Translations under genes and position numbers: made by a program
The notes under the pieces: model-generated
What the model saw: the letters and a program-made list of their open reading frames with translations, nothing else
The model's database searches: none
Told to the model about the DNA's origin: nothing
Shown: piece after piece, positions 1 through 9,705 of the stretch
Layout: the number at the start of each line of letters is the position of its first letter
Position numbering within the stretch: the stretch's first letter is position 1
Virus record (IMG/VR): IMGVR_UViG_3300050821_003608
Coordinates: 466-64,465 of that record
Length of the DNA stretch: 64,000 bases
Source of the DNA: a virus
Taxonomy: Duplodnaviria; Caudoviricetes
Direction: 5' to 3' (one strand)

Positions 1-2692
1 TGTACAGGTCATCTGGCGCGTCGTAGTGGAACTTGTTGAACATTGGAGTCCCGCCGTTGAAGGATTCCGGGATGTCCGTGCCGATGACAGTCCCGTAGGA
101 CTCAGCGACGCAAGTCACAGTATTGGAAAGTTTATTGACGTTCACGATATATACTGTGCCGCCAGATCCCGGCCAGCCAACTAGTTCTTGTCGCAGCGTG
201 TCGTAGGTCAACGCTGAGCCATTAATGGCGATAGGCGAGCAGGAAGCGTCGAGTGATGGATGGTTGATAGAGGTGCATCCGGTAGAGATGTCGCACCAGA
301 AGGAGCCGCCGGGGTTCGGGGCGTCGTTTGGCGTAGACATAACCACGACAGCTTGGTTGAGTGTGTCCACACCGAGAGAGCCGTAGAGCGTAGCGTTGGT
401 CGAGAGCGAGGCTGTCTTCGTCCAAGTGTTAGCCACGTCGTCGAACTTCGAGATAGAGGCGACGCCGTTTCCGTTGAAGCTCTCCCATACCCAGATGAGG
501 CCAGACGAAAGGTCGGGAGCCGCCGAAGACATAACGATGTTCTCGCTCGACGGCAAGCCAGCAGGAGTAATTTGTGCCCATGACGCCGAGCAGGTGGGAG
601 CACAAGACTGCGAGATAGTAGTGGTGTCGAGCGACCACATGTTAAACGATGCACAGCCATCGCCGAGCGTGTCCCCAGTGATACGCGCCCAGATGTAGAG
701 ACGATTTAGCCGGGGAGACTTGATGTTGAAGCCGTAGGTATGCCCGGACCCCGGAGCGGAAGCGTCGGGGGAGCCACAGGTCGCAGCAAAGGTCGTCGAG
801 GGGTTGTTCAGTCGCAGTGCATTGTTGGTACGCGGGTTCAGTTCATAGCACTCGTTGCCCAGGTAGTCGCTGTGCCCACCGTTCGAGCAACCGAGCATAC
901 GCGGACCATTCGGGCCGGCAGAATCGAAGGCCAGGCTCGTCCAGGCATTCCATGCTCCCGCGCACTTGCCGCCAAAGGAGTAGGAAGTCCCTCCGAAGTT
1001 ATTCGGAGGACATTGATCGCGTCCGTTTCCTTGTACGGTCGTAGCAGTCGAGAACTTCGTCCACCCGAGCGTGGTCGAGGACGACACAGTGCCATTGTCT
1101 TGCAGATAGAGAATAGCGTCCCGCGCCGATCCCCAAGGTGGAGTGAAGGACTGCGTGGACGAGCCACCTTGGATGGTTGTTCCAGCCGTGTAGGCGCCAT
1201 TCGCGGGGTCGAGCCATTGCACGAGGATGTTGTGGGCGGATTGGTTGGATAGGTTGACGGTGAAGGCTCCACCAGAGGGAGCGTAGACGATAAACTCAAA
1301 GCTAGCATTGGCATTGTTGGCTAGACAGTAGGTCGTGCTACATAGAGAAGTCGAGGCGGACATCGCCGCGAGGTTGAGCACGCGGGAGTTGACGAGATTG
1401 GCTGCGTAGCCGAAGTTGTCGCGGAAGTTGTCGTACCGTGTGTCCACTCCGCCCGTACAGACTCCGTTGACGGGAGTGATGCAGTTGTTGCGGTTCGTCC
1501 AGTTGGGATTGGAAGCGCCCGCGAAGATAGCGTATGGGTCCATGAACATGACCGACGCACCGCGAGTGACGTTCTCCCATAGGAAGTTGCGGTTCTGCTG
1601 GTTGGTTTCTTGCCACAGACCGAAGTAGGAATGGTCGGAGTCGTTCAGGATAGTCTTACAGGCGGGAGCGCCCGTTCCGCAGCCGCTTACCTGGACGACG
1701 TGATAGTTGCCAATGGAGGTCGCACCCAAGGGAGCGACCATGTTAGCGGCAGAGTTGTAGAGCGATGGGTCGTTCGGGGAGTTCACGTTCAGGGTCGGGT
1801 ATAGGACTTGGTGCTGGAAGGGTTTCGTAGCCTCGTAGGACTGGATGACACTGATAACGTGGTTCTGCCAGAAGGTCGATCCCGTCGGCGCTTCTTCGCT
1901 AATTTCCCAAATGACGTTAGGGACATCGTTGAGCGTGTCGATTATCTTGCGGATGTAGGCGTCTTGGAAGGTGTTGATGGAATTGAGCGAGGTCATGGTC
2001 ATCGAGCCTTCGCCCTGCGCACCCGAGGTGTAGCCATCATCAACGGAGTTGATATTGTTGACTCCAGTGAAAGGGAAGCCATCTCCGGTAGGGGAGGAGT
2101 TCCCGCAACGATTTACAGTGAGGCCGAGTCCGTCGAATAGCTCGACGACGGCGTATAGACCAGAGCCGTAGAGTTGCAGCGCACGAGCCCGAGTACGATC
2201 AAAGTAGGATTGGTTGAAGGTCGATAGATCCCACTTGTTGCCGCCGTCGGATGCTCCGGTCGTGGCCGAGCGCGCCCATGGGAAGCCGGAGTCGGCGATA
2301 CGCCACGTTCCGCCCGCCCCCCAGTTGCAGAATTGTGGAATGTCCTTGTGCCACAAGATTGTAGCGTTGTGGTTGTGCGACTTGAGGAAGGCGATATAGT
2401 TGGTGAAGTTGAACGCTGCGGGCGAGGCGGAGGTGTCTTGGTCTTGCAGGTCGTCCCATGTTTGCGAACCGAACAGAAGGATAGGGTGAGTTTGCGAAGG
2501 GACTGCTAGGAAGTTCGAGGCGGGCTGTGCGACTCCCGCCGAGGACAGTGCTCCTAGCGCACAGGTGGGATTACAGACCGCATTGACGGAAGCCTTTCCC
2601 GAGATGGTCGCGCCACCGGAGGCCGAGACGCTCTGTGCCCGAAGCAGGACAGGCCACAGTAAAAGTAGGAGCAGGAGAAGTCGTCGCGGCAT
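1..2692 (-). CDS. Signal-peptide-bearing glycoside hydrolase-like protein (clan GH-A-like barrel, beta-sandwich, propeller-like region); 3' end outside window
   Basis: Missing from the ORF track because it runs off the window. Manual translation from ATG 2692, which overlaps the upstream TGA: MPRRLLLLLLLLWPVLLRAQS...FPWARS..DGGNKWDLSTFNQSYFDR...DTLNDVPNVIWEISEEA...VQWLDPANG. The frame stays open to position 1. Confidence 0.75.
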   Translation of the reverse strand, partial: MPRRLLLLLLLLWPVLLRAQSVSASGGATISGKASVNAVCNPTCALGALSSAGVAQPASNFLAVPSQTHPILLFGSQTWDDLQDQDTSASPAAFNFTNYIAFLKSHNHNATILWHKDIPQFCNWGAGGTWRIADSGFPWARSATTGASDGGNKWDLSTFNQSYFDRTRARALQLYGSGLYAVVELFDGLGLTVNRCGNSSPTGDGFPFTGVNNINSVDDGYTSGAQGEGSMTMTSLNSINTFQDAYIRKIIDTLNDVPNVIWEISEEAPTGSTFWQNHVISVIQSYEATKPFQHQVLYPTLNVNSPNDPSLYNSAANMVAPLGATSIGNYHVVQVSGCGTGAPACKTILNDSDHSYFGLWQETNQQNRNFLWENVTRGASVMFMDPYAIFAGASNPNWTNRNNCITPVNGVCTGGVDTRYDNFRDNFGYAANLVNSRVLNLAAMSASTSLCSTTYCLANNANASFEFIVYAPSGGAFTVNLSNQSAHNILVQWLDPANGAYTAGTTIQGGSSTQSFTPPWGSARDAILYLQDNGTVSSSTTLGWTKFSTATTVQGNGRDQCPPNNFGGTSYSFGGKCAGAWNAWTSLAFDSAGPNGPRMLGCSNGGHSDYLGNECYELNPRTNNALRLNNPSTTFAATCGSPDASAPGSGHTYGFNIKSPRLNRLYIWARITGDTLGDGCASFNMWSLDTTTISQSCAPTCSASWAQITPAGLPSSENIVMSSAAPDLSSGLIWVWESFNGNGVASISKFDDVANTWTKTASLSTNATLYGSLGVDTLNQAVVVMSTPNDAPNPGGSFWCDISTGCTSINHPSLDASCSPIAINGSALTYDTLRQELVGWPGSGGTVYIVNVNKLSNTVTCVAESYGTVIGTDIPESFNGGTPMFNKFHYDAPDDLY

Positions 2693-3411
2693 CAGAGCAC
2701 CACCGGAGGTTTCGACGGAGTGGCAGCACCGCCAGACGGCTTGACCGCGAAAACCACCGCGCCCCATGAGTCTGAGCCGCTGAGAGTCATCGGGCCGTTC
2801 GTTGCAGTCGCAGTGGTTTGTACCCAGTCCTCCATTCCGAGCTTGGACGGAGCCGCTGGGACTACCTCAAACATGGTGAAGTTGGTCCCGGCCGTGAAAG
2901 TCTCGGCTGCGTCCACCGATCCAGCCGCGATAATGAGTTCGTTGTTTGCTGCTGGGGTGATGGAATTGGACTGCGGGGACGCACTGGAGCCGGTGTTGGA
3001 GTTAGACGAGTCGATTGGTGAGGTAGTTGCGACGCCACTGTACTCAGCGATAGCGATACGGAGGGTGGTTGAGAGCGTGGTCGATACTGTGAGAGTGTCC
3101 GCCCCTCCTGCCGTGTTGTGCGCCTCGAAGCACTGGAGAAGTTCGCCGTTGCCCGTACCAGTTACTTGCACCGAGACGACAGAGTTCCAAGTGTTCGACT
3201 GTCCATCGGTGATGGATAGAGTAGTAGATTTATTCCCGGCACGCACGCAGGCGGACAGAAAGTTAGTCGCCGCAGTATTGCTGGAGAACGAAATGGTCGT
3301 AGAAGAGACGTTGGAGGTTTGATTGGTGTTGGCGTGCTGGACGCGGGAGATAGCCCCCTGCGCGGGGAGAGCACAGAGGAACAGGATTAAGGTGAGTAGG
3401 AGTCGTCGCAT
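2692..3411 (-). CDS. Signal-peptide-bearing Ser/Thr-rich beta-strand protein, putative fibre-associated
   Basis: Likely start MRRLLLTLILFLCALPAQG-AISRVQ at 3411, overlapping the upstream stop (TGATG). Two repeated beta-rich units. Confidence 0.7.
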   Translation of the reverse strand: MRRLLLTLILFLCALPAQGAISRVQHANTNQTSNVSSTTISFSSNTAATNFLSACVRAGNKSTTLSITDGQSNTWNSVVSVQVTGTGNGELLQCFEAHNTAGGADTLTVSTTLSTTLRIAIAEYSGVATTSPIDSSNSNTGSSASPQSNSITPAANNELIIAAGSVDAAETFTAGTNFTMFEVVPAAPSKLGMEDWVQTTATATNGPMTLSGSDSWGAVVFAVKPSGGAATPSKPPVVL

Positions 3412-6400
3412 CAGTTCGCCTGCACCGTCAAGAGTCTCGGGATGGTGATGCCCAAGCCATAGATTTCCACGTTCGTCGCGGTGTCGGTCGTGCGAGAGAG
3501 TTGAAGACGCAGGACGCCGCCAGCGATGCAGCCCGTCATGGTGATGGTCGAGAGCGTGGCATCCCATTGGCGGTTTGCGTTACCGTTCAGAGTGATGGTT
3601 GAAAGAGATTGCGCGGTGTTGAAGGCCACGTCGTCGGTGGTCGAGCCGTCTCCCTTAGAGCAAGCCGTCGCGATCTGCATGATGACCGTGTGGCCGTTGG
3701 TCGCGTCGGTCGAGGCCAGACGGAGGCGGACGTTTGGATTGGTCGCGGTGTCCCAATCGGCAGGGAGGCCGATAGACATTTGCGCCGTGTCGGACGCGCC
3801 CCATGTGAGGAAGCCCTCTTTGTTGTTCGTTCCGGCGCGGCAGGTCGCAGCGGGAGTCGCAGCGGTAGACCAGCCCGAGGCCGCAACAGCGTTCACACAG
3901 TCCGCCGCCGGGAAGTAGTGGTAGTCCGGGAAGTCGATATAGGCGGGAGGAGAGCCAGCCGTCAATATCTGCTTGCTAGTACCTGCCGCGAGAGATGCAG
4001 CGCCTTGACCACCACCTGACCCAATCACGACTTGGTTGTTGGTCAGAGCCGAGCCCGAAGTCACACAGGTAGCACAAGCAAGAGTTAGATTGGACGTAAG
4101 GGCTGCGCCACCAGTGATGGGGGAGGTCGTATTGATAGTCAGCGTAGTCGAAGTTGCGACAATGGCACCTGTACCGATCGCAGCCAAGCTGCCCGTCGTG
4201 TCCATCTGGACGCCGTTTGCGGTCCCTACGGCAGTAGCCTTGAACGGTTTCAGTGTCGAGGACGCAGCGGTGTGCAAGAACATCAACGCGCCAGTCGAGG
4301 TGGACGCACCGTCCACGATCTCCCAAGCGTTGCGTGTCCCGGTCATCACGCCATGCGTGAAGAGAGAATTGTTCGTGCCCATCGAGAGCGAGAGGTCCGC
4401 GGCGGGATTTGAGAGCGACGACCACACGGTCGAGGCCGAGCCGGCACAGGAGCCCCATGAGGGGGTGCCACCCGATACGCTGATGGCACAGAGCGTACCC
4501 GCGCCGCCCGTGGCGGTCGAGACTAGCTTCGTGCCGTCGGAATAGATGAAGCCGTTCGTGTTGGCGAGGCCAGAGGATGCGTTCGTACCACCGTTCCCAA
4601 ATGGAAGAGTTCCGGTCACGTCCGCAGTGAGGGACACAGCGGACCACGAGGGCGTCGTGCCTGAGTGTAGGAGTTGCGTCGCGGTTCCCGCAGCTAGACG
4701 CGTCCCGGATCCGCTTGTGCCGCCGTAGAGAATGTCTCCGGCCATGGTCAGGGGGGATAGATTGTTGAAGCAGGCAAGGGCAGTCGATGCACCGCAGCCG
4801 CCGTTGGTCACAGGGAGCGTCCCAGTCACGCCGCCGTTGGTGTTGTTGGAGTTGAGATTGATGGGCAGGATGTCCGCCGCGACTATCAAGCGGAAGGTCG
4901 GAGCCGCAGCTGCGCCGGAGGTGGGACCGACGAGGAAGGAGTTGGCGTTCTGCGAGCCGAACATGCCCCCAGTGATATTGCTGCACGTTGGAGATGTGTT
5001 GTCGTTGGCCGCAGTGACGACAGTGGTCGGGGAGCAGCCTCCTACGCCCGAGGCCGGGAGGAAGGACAACGTGGCTACGCTGGAGACGTTGCTGGCCCGC
5101 AGGAAGCCTGTCGCCGCGGAACCAGGGAGGACTATGGCATAGGACGACGGGATGGATGTAGGAGAGTAGATTCGCGCCGAGTTCGTCCCCAGTGGAGGAG
5201 CGGAAGTCTGCGGCAGGTCGATGTAGGATGCGCCAGAACCGATGCCAGTGAAGGAAGTCCCGGTTACGTTGCCACTCACGTCTACCTTATAGACTGTGGT
5301 GCCGGAGGTATCCTTGTAGTTTTCAAAGTTCCCAGTCGGGCCGGAGTTGGTAAATCGCTGCTGGGTGAGAGTGTCAACTCCGTTCGATGGCTGAAGGATA
5401 GTGTGGCCGGACGTGGCCGAATAGGTCCAGTTCGCCGAGCCGGTGACGGCAGAGGAAGTGTTCCAGAAGGTTCCTTGTCCGGCAGAGCCAGTGCCGCCGA
5501 CCGCGCCGGCTGCGCAGGAGTTCCACGTCGCCGTGGAACCGTTCGATACGAGACAGAGGCCGTTCGTGCCGATGCCGAGGCGTCCGGCCGTGTTTACACC
5601 CGTTCCGAGGATTAGGTCGCCGGTGGAAGTGACGGGCGAGAGTGCGTTGAACGCAGCGGAGGCGGTGACTTGGCCCGTGCCGCCATTGGCGATAGCGGTC
5701 GTACCCGTCGTGTCCGTTCCAAGATTGACAGCAGCATAGGTCGGCGCTCCGGCGGCGTTGCCATGGAGCACGGTCGTCGTCGTGCCAGCGGGACCGATTT
5801 GCGTCGCCTGTCCGCCCGCGCCGAGGACGATTTGATTGTTGGTCAGAGCGGCGGCGTTGGTCGTACAGGTCGGACAAGTGAGGTTCCCTGTCGTGGCCGA
5901 GAGCACAAGCGGCGCCGACGCGCCATCGGCGAACGTGCCCGAAGTGTTCGGGAGGGTGAGAGTCGGCGTCCCCGCAATCGCCTGTGGAGTGATAGTCACT
6001 GTGCCCGAAGTAGCACCAGCCATAGCTAATTGACCAGTAGTCGATGCCGCGACGCCGATAGTCAGAGTAGGCGAAACCCACGTAAGGTTCGCCGAGCCGC
6101 CAAACGACCCAGAGTTATTGAACTGGACTTGGGTGTTCGCGCCGCCAGGCGTGCCCGTGCCAGCGGAGCAGGCCGACCATGAGAGTTGCAGCGAGCCGTT
6201 TGAGGACAGACATTGCGTGCCGGAGGAGTCCGTCGTGGGGAACAGCCACACGAGATTGACGGTGGACGCTCCGCCAGTGAAGCCTGCGTAGTTCGTGCCG
6301 TTGGTGCTGAACCAGCGGATCGCCTTCCCGTTGGCGATAGACTGGTGATCGGTCCACGTCTGGGCGAGATTCAGTTCGGCCAGTGTGCCTGTGTTGTTCG

Positions 6401-8009
6401 GCAACGTGGCTGTACGCGTTGCGCTGAAGCTACCACTCAGAGTCGCAGTGTTCCCTCCACCAGTGAGGTTGAACGCGGGAGACGTGAATCCCGTGCTGGA
6501 TGTGACTTGCCCACCGAACAAGCTGGGCGTAGTGCCGTCTGTGGTAATCGCGAAGGCATGAGCACTGGCAGTCTGCGCGTCGATTTGGAGGGCAGAGGTT
6601 CGCGTCGTGCCAAGGTTCCTCTGGTCCTGCACCTGAAGACCATAAAGGTTGGTAGCCGTTTCGGTGGACGAGACTCCGCCAACTCGATTAAACGGAGAAG
6701 TGACTTGGAGGCCCACGCCCAACAACGCGCTGGAAGAAGGCTTGGTGAGGCTAACTTGTGCCTGCATCGCAATTAGCTCTTGTCCGGCGTTGGTGTCTAG
6801 AGGGTCGTCGCTGGCCACTGCCAGTACGCCAGTCGCGATGGGATTACCGGAGCCTAGCACGTCAACGAGAGACTGGATGCCTTGGTTTCCCAAGCCTGGA
6901 TTGGTGCTGACCGCGGTCACGCTCAGGATGGAACCACCCGATGCTGCGCCTAAGCTGGCCAAGGCCACGCTGTTCGTGAAACTCACTCCGCTGTCAGTGG
7001 ATGAGAAGGAGAGAGCAGAATTGTTGCTCGTCGTAGACTGGAACAGAGTATCGCAGGTAGCTGTGCTGCCGAATCCGCATCCCGCCACGGCTGGAACAAA
7101 TCCAGTAGCGGTCAGGTTCAGGTTAGGCAGCGTGAAGGTACGGTTCGCCGTCAGAGTCGCCGTGGACAAGGTGGACGCGAACCCGCTGTTGGACAGCTTT
7201 AAGCCACTTGAGGGGATGGTGATAGCCGTGCCGTTGTCGACGGCGATAGATGCGGCGAGAGCACCGGAGCCGTTGTTCTTCTGGAGAGAGTTGGCCGGTG
7301 GCGCAGGGTTGCCTCCCCCACCCGAGCCCGAGTTCGAGATGAGATTCCAGTTGGTCCCGTCGAACTTCCATGTGAGCGCGTTGGTCGCAAGCGCAAGCTG
7401 ATTGAACGAGAAGCCTAGAGGGAGGATGAAGTTCGAGGGGAAGGCGAAGGGTCGAGAGCCGATCGCGTCTTCGATGAGCGTGAGCGAGAGGATGTTGCCG
7501 TTCGCTGGCGTGCCTGTGATAGTCGAGGAGGTCACGTTCCCGGTGAGGGTCATCGTGTACGACACGTTGTTGGTGGCGTTGAACGCAGGGGTGGACGAGA
7601 AGGACAGGTTGGTGTTGGGCAAGGCGGCTTGCTGGTTCGCGGGGTCAGCGATGGAGATGTCGGAGTAGGTGACGGGGGAGGGGAAGCCCGCGCCAGAGAG
7701 CTGCACGTCGTAACGTCCGTTCGCGGCGTAGAACAGCCAGCGGCCGTTCGAGGTAGCAGTGAAGGGGTTGGACAGGGGCGTGCCAGAATTGTCCGAGAAG
7801 ATGGTCGCCAGTCCCCCGCCATGGATGAAAATGGTCACGGTGCAAGCTGGGAAGGATTGCTGGACCTGCGTGGTCGAGGTCAGGCCCGAGGTCACGACGG
7901 GCTGCGCGCCGGACTCACACCAGCCTTGGATGTTCTGGTTCGCCTTCGCGAGAACGGGCGACAGCAGGAATAAAGTGAGAGGTAGAAGCAGTCGGAGTAG
8001 TTTTCTCAT
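3411..8009 (-). CDS. Long tail fibre-like protein (~1532 aa) with N-terminal signal peptide
   Basis: Start MRKLLRLLLPLTLFLLSPVLAKA at 8009 (ATGA overlap with upstream stop). Tailspike anchor-like segment ATIFSDNSGTPLSNPFTATSNGRWLFYAANGRYDV. Fibre repeats LPVTNGG/LPFGNGGT/IANGGTG and PGGANTQVQFNNSGSFGG. Confidence 0.8.
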   Translation of the reverse strand: MRKLLRLLLPLTLFLLSPVLAKANQNIQGWCESGAQPVVTSGLTSTTQVQQSFPACTVTIFIHGGGLATIFSDNSGTPLSNPFTATSNGRWLFYAANGRYDVQLSGAGFPSPVTYSDISIADPANQQAALPNTNLSFSSTPAFNATNNVSYTMTLTGNVTSSTITGTPANGNILSLTLIEDAIGSRPFAFPSNFILPLGFSFNQLALATNALTWKFDGTNWNLISNSGSGGGGNPAPPANSLQKNNGSGALAASIAVDNGTAITIPSSGLKLSNSGFASTLSTATLTANRTFTLPNLNLTATGFVPAVAGCGFGSTATCDTLFQSTTSNNSALSFSSTDSGVSFTNSVALASLGAASGGSILSVTAVSTNPGLGNQGIQSLVDVLGSGNPIATGVLAVASDDPLDTNAGQELIAMQAQVSLTKPSSSALLGVGLQVTSPFNRVGGVSSTETATNLYGLQVQDQRNLGTTRTSALQIDAQTASAHAFAITTDGTTPSLFGGQVTSSTGFTSPAFNLTGGGNTATLSGSFSATRTATLPNNTGTLAELNLAQTWTDHQSIANGKAIRWFSTNGTNYAGFTGGASTVNLVWLFPTTDSSGTQCLSSNGSLQLSWSACSAGTGTPGGANTQVQFNNSGSFGGSANLTWVSPTLTIGVAASTTGQLAMAGATSGTVTITPQAIAGTPTLTLPNTSGTFADGASAPLVLSATTGNLTCPTCTTNAAALTNNQIVLGAGGQATQIGPAGTTTTVLHGNAAGAPTYAAVNLGTDTTGTTAIANGGTGQVTASAAFNALSPVTSTGDLILGTGVNTAGRLGIGTNGLCLVSNGSTATWNSCAAGAVGGTGSAGQGTFWNTSSAVTGSANWTYSATSGHTILQPSNGVDTLTQQRFTNSGPTGNFENYKDTSGTTVYKVDVSGNVTGTSFTGIGSGASYIDLPQTSAPPLGTNSARIYSPTSIPSSYAIVLPGSAATGFLRASNVSSVATLSFLPASGVGGCSPTTVVTAANDNTSPTCSNITGGMFGSQNANSFLVGPTSGAAAAPTFRLIVAADILPINLNSNNTNGGVTGTLPVTNGGCGASTALACFNNLSPLTMAGDILYGGTSGSGTRLAAGTATQLLHSGTTPSWSAVSLTADVTGTLPFGNGGTNASSGLANTNGFIYSDGTKLVSTATGGAGTLCAISVSGGTPSWGSCAGSASTVWSSLSNPAADLSLSMGTNNSLFTHGVMTGTRNAWEIVDGASTSTGALMFLHTAASSTLKPFKATAVGTANGVQMDTTGSLAAIGTGAIVATSTTLTINTTSPITGGAALTSNLTLACATCVTSGSALTNNQVVIGSGGGQGAASLAAGTSKQILTAGSPPAYIDFPDYHYFPAADCVNAVAASGWSTAATPAATCRAGTNNKEGFLTWGASDTAQMSIGLPADWDTATNPNVRLRLASTDATNGHTVIMQIATACSKGDGSTTDDVAFNTAQSLSTITLNGNANRQWDATLSTITMTGCIAGGVLRLQLSRTTDTATNVEIYGLGITIPRLLTVQAN

Positions 8010-9001
8010 TGCGTCCCTATAGTGCTGGCCACGCCAGCGATGGTGTTGTAGAACGGATAGCCGAGGCCGCCGAATACGTTGTCGCGCACAGCAAACCAGT
8101 TGTCCACGAACTCGCGGTCCTGTTTGCGATAGAGCGAGAGGAGTTTGCCATAGCGCGTGGAGGTTTCGCCCATCAGGAACTTCCAGTCCGGGCCAGTCGA
8201 GCGCGGAGAGATGTCGCGGTTGGCCTCGGCCCACTCGTAAGCGTAGAACTTTGCTTTGGCGAGGAGAAGGTCTTCGTCGAGCGGTTGAGGGAGAGCATCG
8301 GATGGATTGATGAGGTCCGCTCCCATGCGAAGGCCATAGCACTGATAGGTGAATGGCGAGACAGGCTGGCCCCACAGTTCGTAGAGAGGGTAGCCGAGAG
8401 TGGCCGAACCGACGCGCGTGTCGCGGTACGCAGCGACGACACGAGTCGGGAACTGATATATAAGCCGCTGAGGGTCCTCGCGGTCGAGTTCCGAGCGTGT
8501 CTTGGTGAGGTCGAGGTTCAGGAACAGGAGAGGATTGCGCACGGACAGCCAAGTGCGGTGGTCCTTAAACGGAGGAGCGTAGTAGAGTTGGTAGACTTGG
8601 TAGGCCGCTCCGGCAGCGGTGGGGTCGCCGAAGATGCGGTCGAGAGTGACGATGCCGTTCGCCGCGAAACCGGGGTCTAGAGTTTGGATATTGTAGATGC
8701 CGCCCGAGCCGATGCGGAACTGGCGGAGCGTGAGCGGTGAGTAGATGTTGGCGATGACGGAAGCGAGGAGGGCCGCAATCGCGGTCGCGTCGAAAGTGAT
8801 GGTCGCGAGTCCCTGCGTCGCGGTCACGGTCCCGAGGGTACACACAGGAGGGGTAATCCACGACGACTCGAAGAGGTTGAACGACCACAGATTCGACTCG
8901 CGGATGTCCCTCCAAGAGCGGTTGATGAGTGTCTTGGTGAAGGCGAATGGCAGCTTGGGGACGGAACCGCGAAGTTCCGCCATCATGTCCTGGAGGGCCA
9001 C
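8006..9001 (-). CDS. Putative head-tail adaptor protein
   Basis: Lies downstream of the capsid genes. Helical N-terminus (LINRSWRDI..W.F), central beta insertion, C-terminal LPQPLDEDLLL helices. Confidence 0.55.
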   Translation of the reverse strand: MALQDMMAELRGSVPKLPFAFTKTLINRSWRDIRESNLWSFNLFESSWITPPVCTLGTVTATQGLATITFDATAIAALLASVIANIYSPLTLRQFRIGSGGIYNIQTLDPGFAANGIVTLDRIFGDPTAAGAAYQVYQLYYAPPFKDHRTWLSVRNPLLFLNLDLTKTRSELDREDPQRLIYQFPTRVVAAYRDTRVGSATLGYPLYELWGQPVSPFTYQCYGLRMGADLINPSDALPQPLDEDLLLAKAKFYAYEWAEANRDISPRSTGPDWKFLMGETSTRYGKLLSLYRKQDREFVDNWFAVRDNVFGGLGYPFYNTIAGVASTIGTQ

Positions 9002-9141
9002 TAGAGCCTCCCTGACTTTTTACCTTGCTTCTTGAGCGAACGTTTAGACTTGGGGCCAGCGAAGGTTATCGTGCGAGGATAGACTGGCGCTGCGGCGGCG
9101 CCGGGAGCCTTCGCGACAGGAGTGGATTTTCCGTAAGCCAC
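9001..9141 (-). CDS. Small basic protein (46 aa, MAYGKSTPVAK...KRSLKKQGKKSGRL)
   Basis: Manual translation. GTG start about 10 nt after AGGAGG; stop abuts the next start. Confidence 0.6.
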   Translation of the reverse strand: MAYGKSTPVAKAPGAAAAPVYPRTITFAGPKSKRSLKKQGKKSGRL

Positions 9142-9155
9142 ACGCGCAATGCCTC

Positions 9156-9329
9156 CTACGAAACGTGCTTGCGCCCGCGCTTGCCCGAGCTGGAAGTCTT
9201 GAGAGCACGCTTCGGGCGGGCGGAATGCGAGTGGACGAGCGGGCGGCCCGACTGTCTTGGGCCGTGGGGCTGGGGCGGTTCCTTCTCGTGCCCCATGTAC
9301 GCGCCTACTGCTCCATGTCCTTTTCTCAT
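9156..9329 (-). CDS. Small basic protein (57 aa, MRKGHG...SGKRGRKHVS)
   Basis: Manual translation. ATG lies 1 nt after the upstream stop and the ORF fills the gap in the operon. Confidence 0.55.
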   Translation of the reverse strand: MRKGHGAVGAYMGHEKEPPQPHGPRQSGRPLVHSHSARPKRALKTSSSGKRGRKHVS

Positions 9330-9330
9330 G

Positions 9331-9693
9331 TTAGACCCCTCGAATTTGAAGACGGATGGATTTGCCCGAAAGATTGATGGCGTTGGCCACTTCGACGTTG
9401 GTCAATAGCACATACCAGTGGATGACTGCCTGCACGCCGACGTTGCCCTTGTTGGCTCCGGTGATGGATTGCCCGGTGAGGATGACGTAGGCGTAGTTCA
9501 GGCCGTCGGAAGAAAGCGCATCCACCTGGACCAGCTCGAAGCCACCGAGGCCGAAGTCGGAAGCGTTGATGGTTTCGCCGGAGGTCGCGAAGGTTCCAGT
9601 GTTGTTGTACGAAGCCGGCCCGTCGTGATCGACGACGGTTTCAATCTTGTCGCAGTACGGAGCCGGATAGCCGTCGAGTGTTCGATTCGCCAT
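9331..9693 (-). CDS. Putative virion structural protein
   Basis: AAGGAG RBS; beta-rich 120 aa in the head operon. Confidence 0.6.
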   Translation of the reverse strand: MANRTLDGYPAPYCDKIETVVDHDGPASYNNTGTFATSGETINASDFGLGGFELVQVDALSSDGLNYAYVILTGQSITGANKGNVGVQAVIHWYVLLTNVEVANAINLSGKSIRLQIRGV

Positions 9694-9705
9694 TGAGAAC
9701 GCTCC

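Noticed and set aside
8010-8552. N-terminal 181-aa extension of the 1713-aa track ORF
   Set aside because: It overlaps the adaptor gene in another frame and reads as Arg-rich shadow sequence; the ATGA-coupled start at 8009 gives a clean signal peptide.
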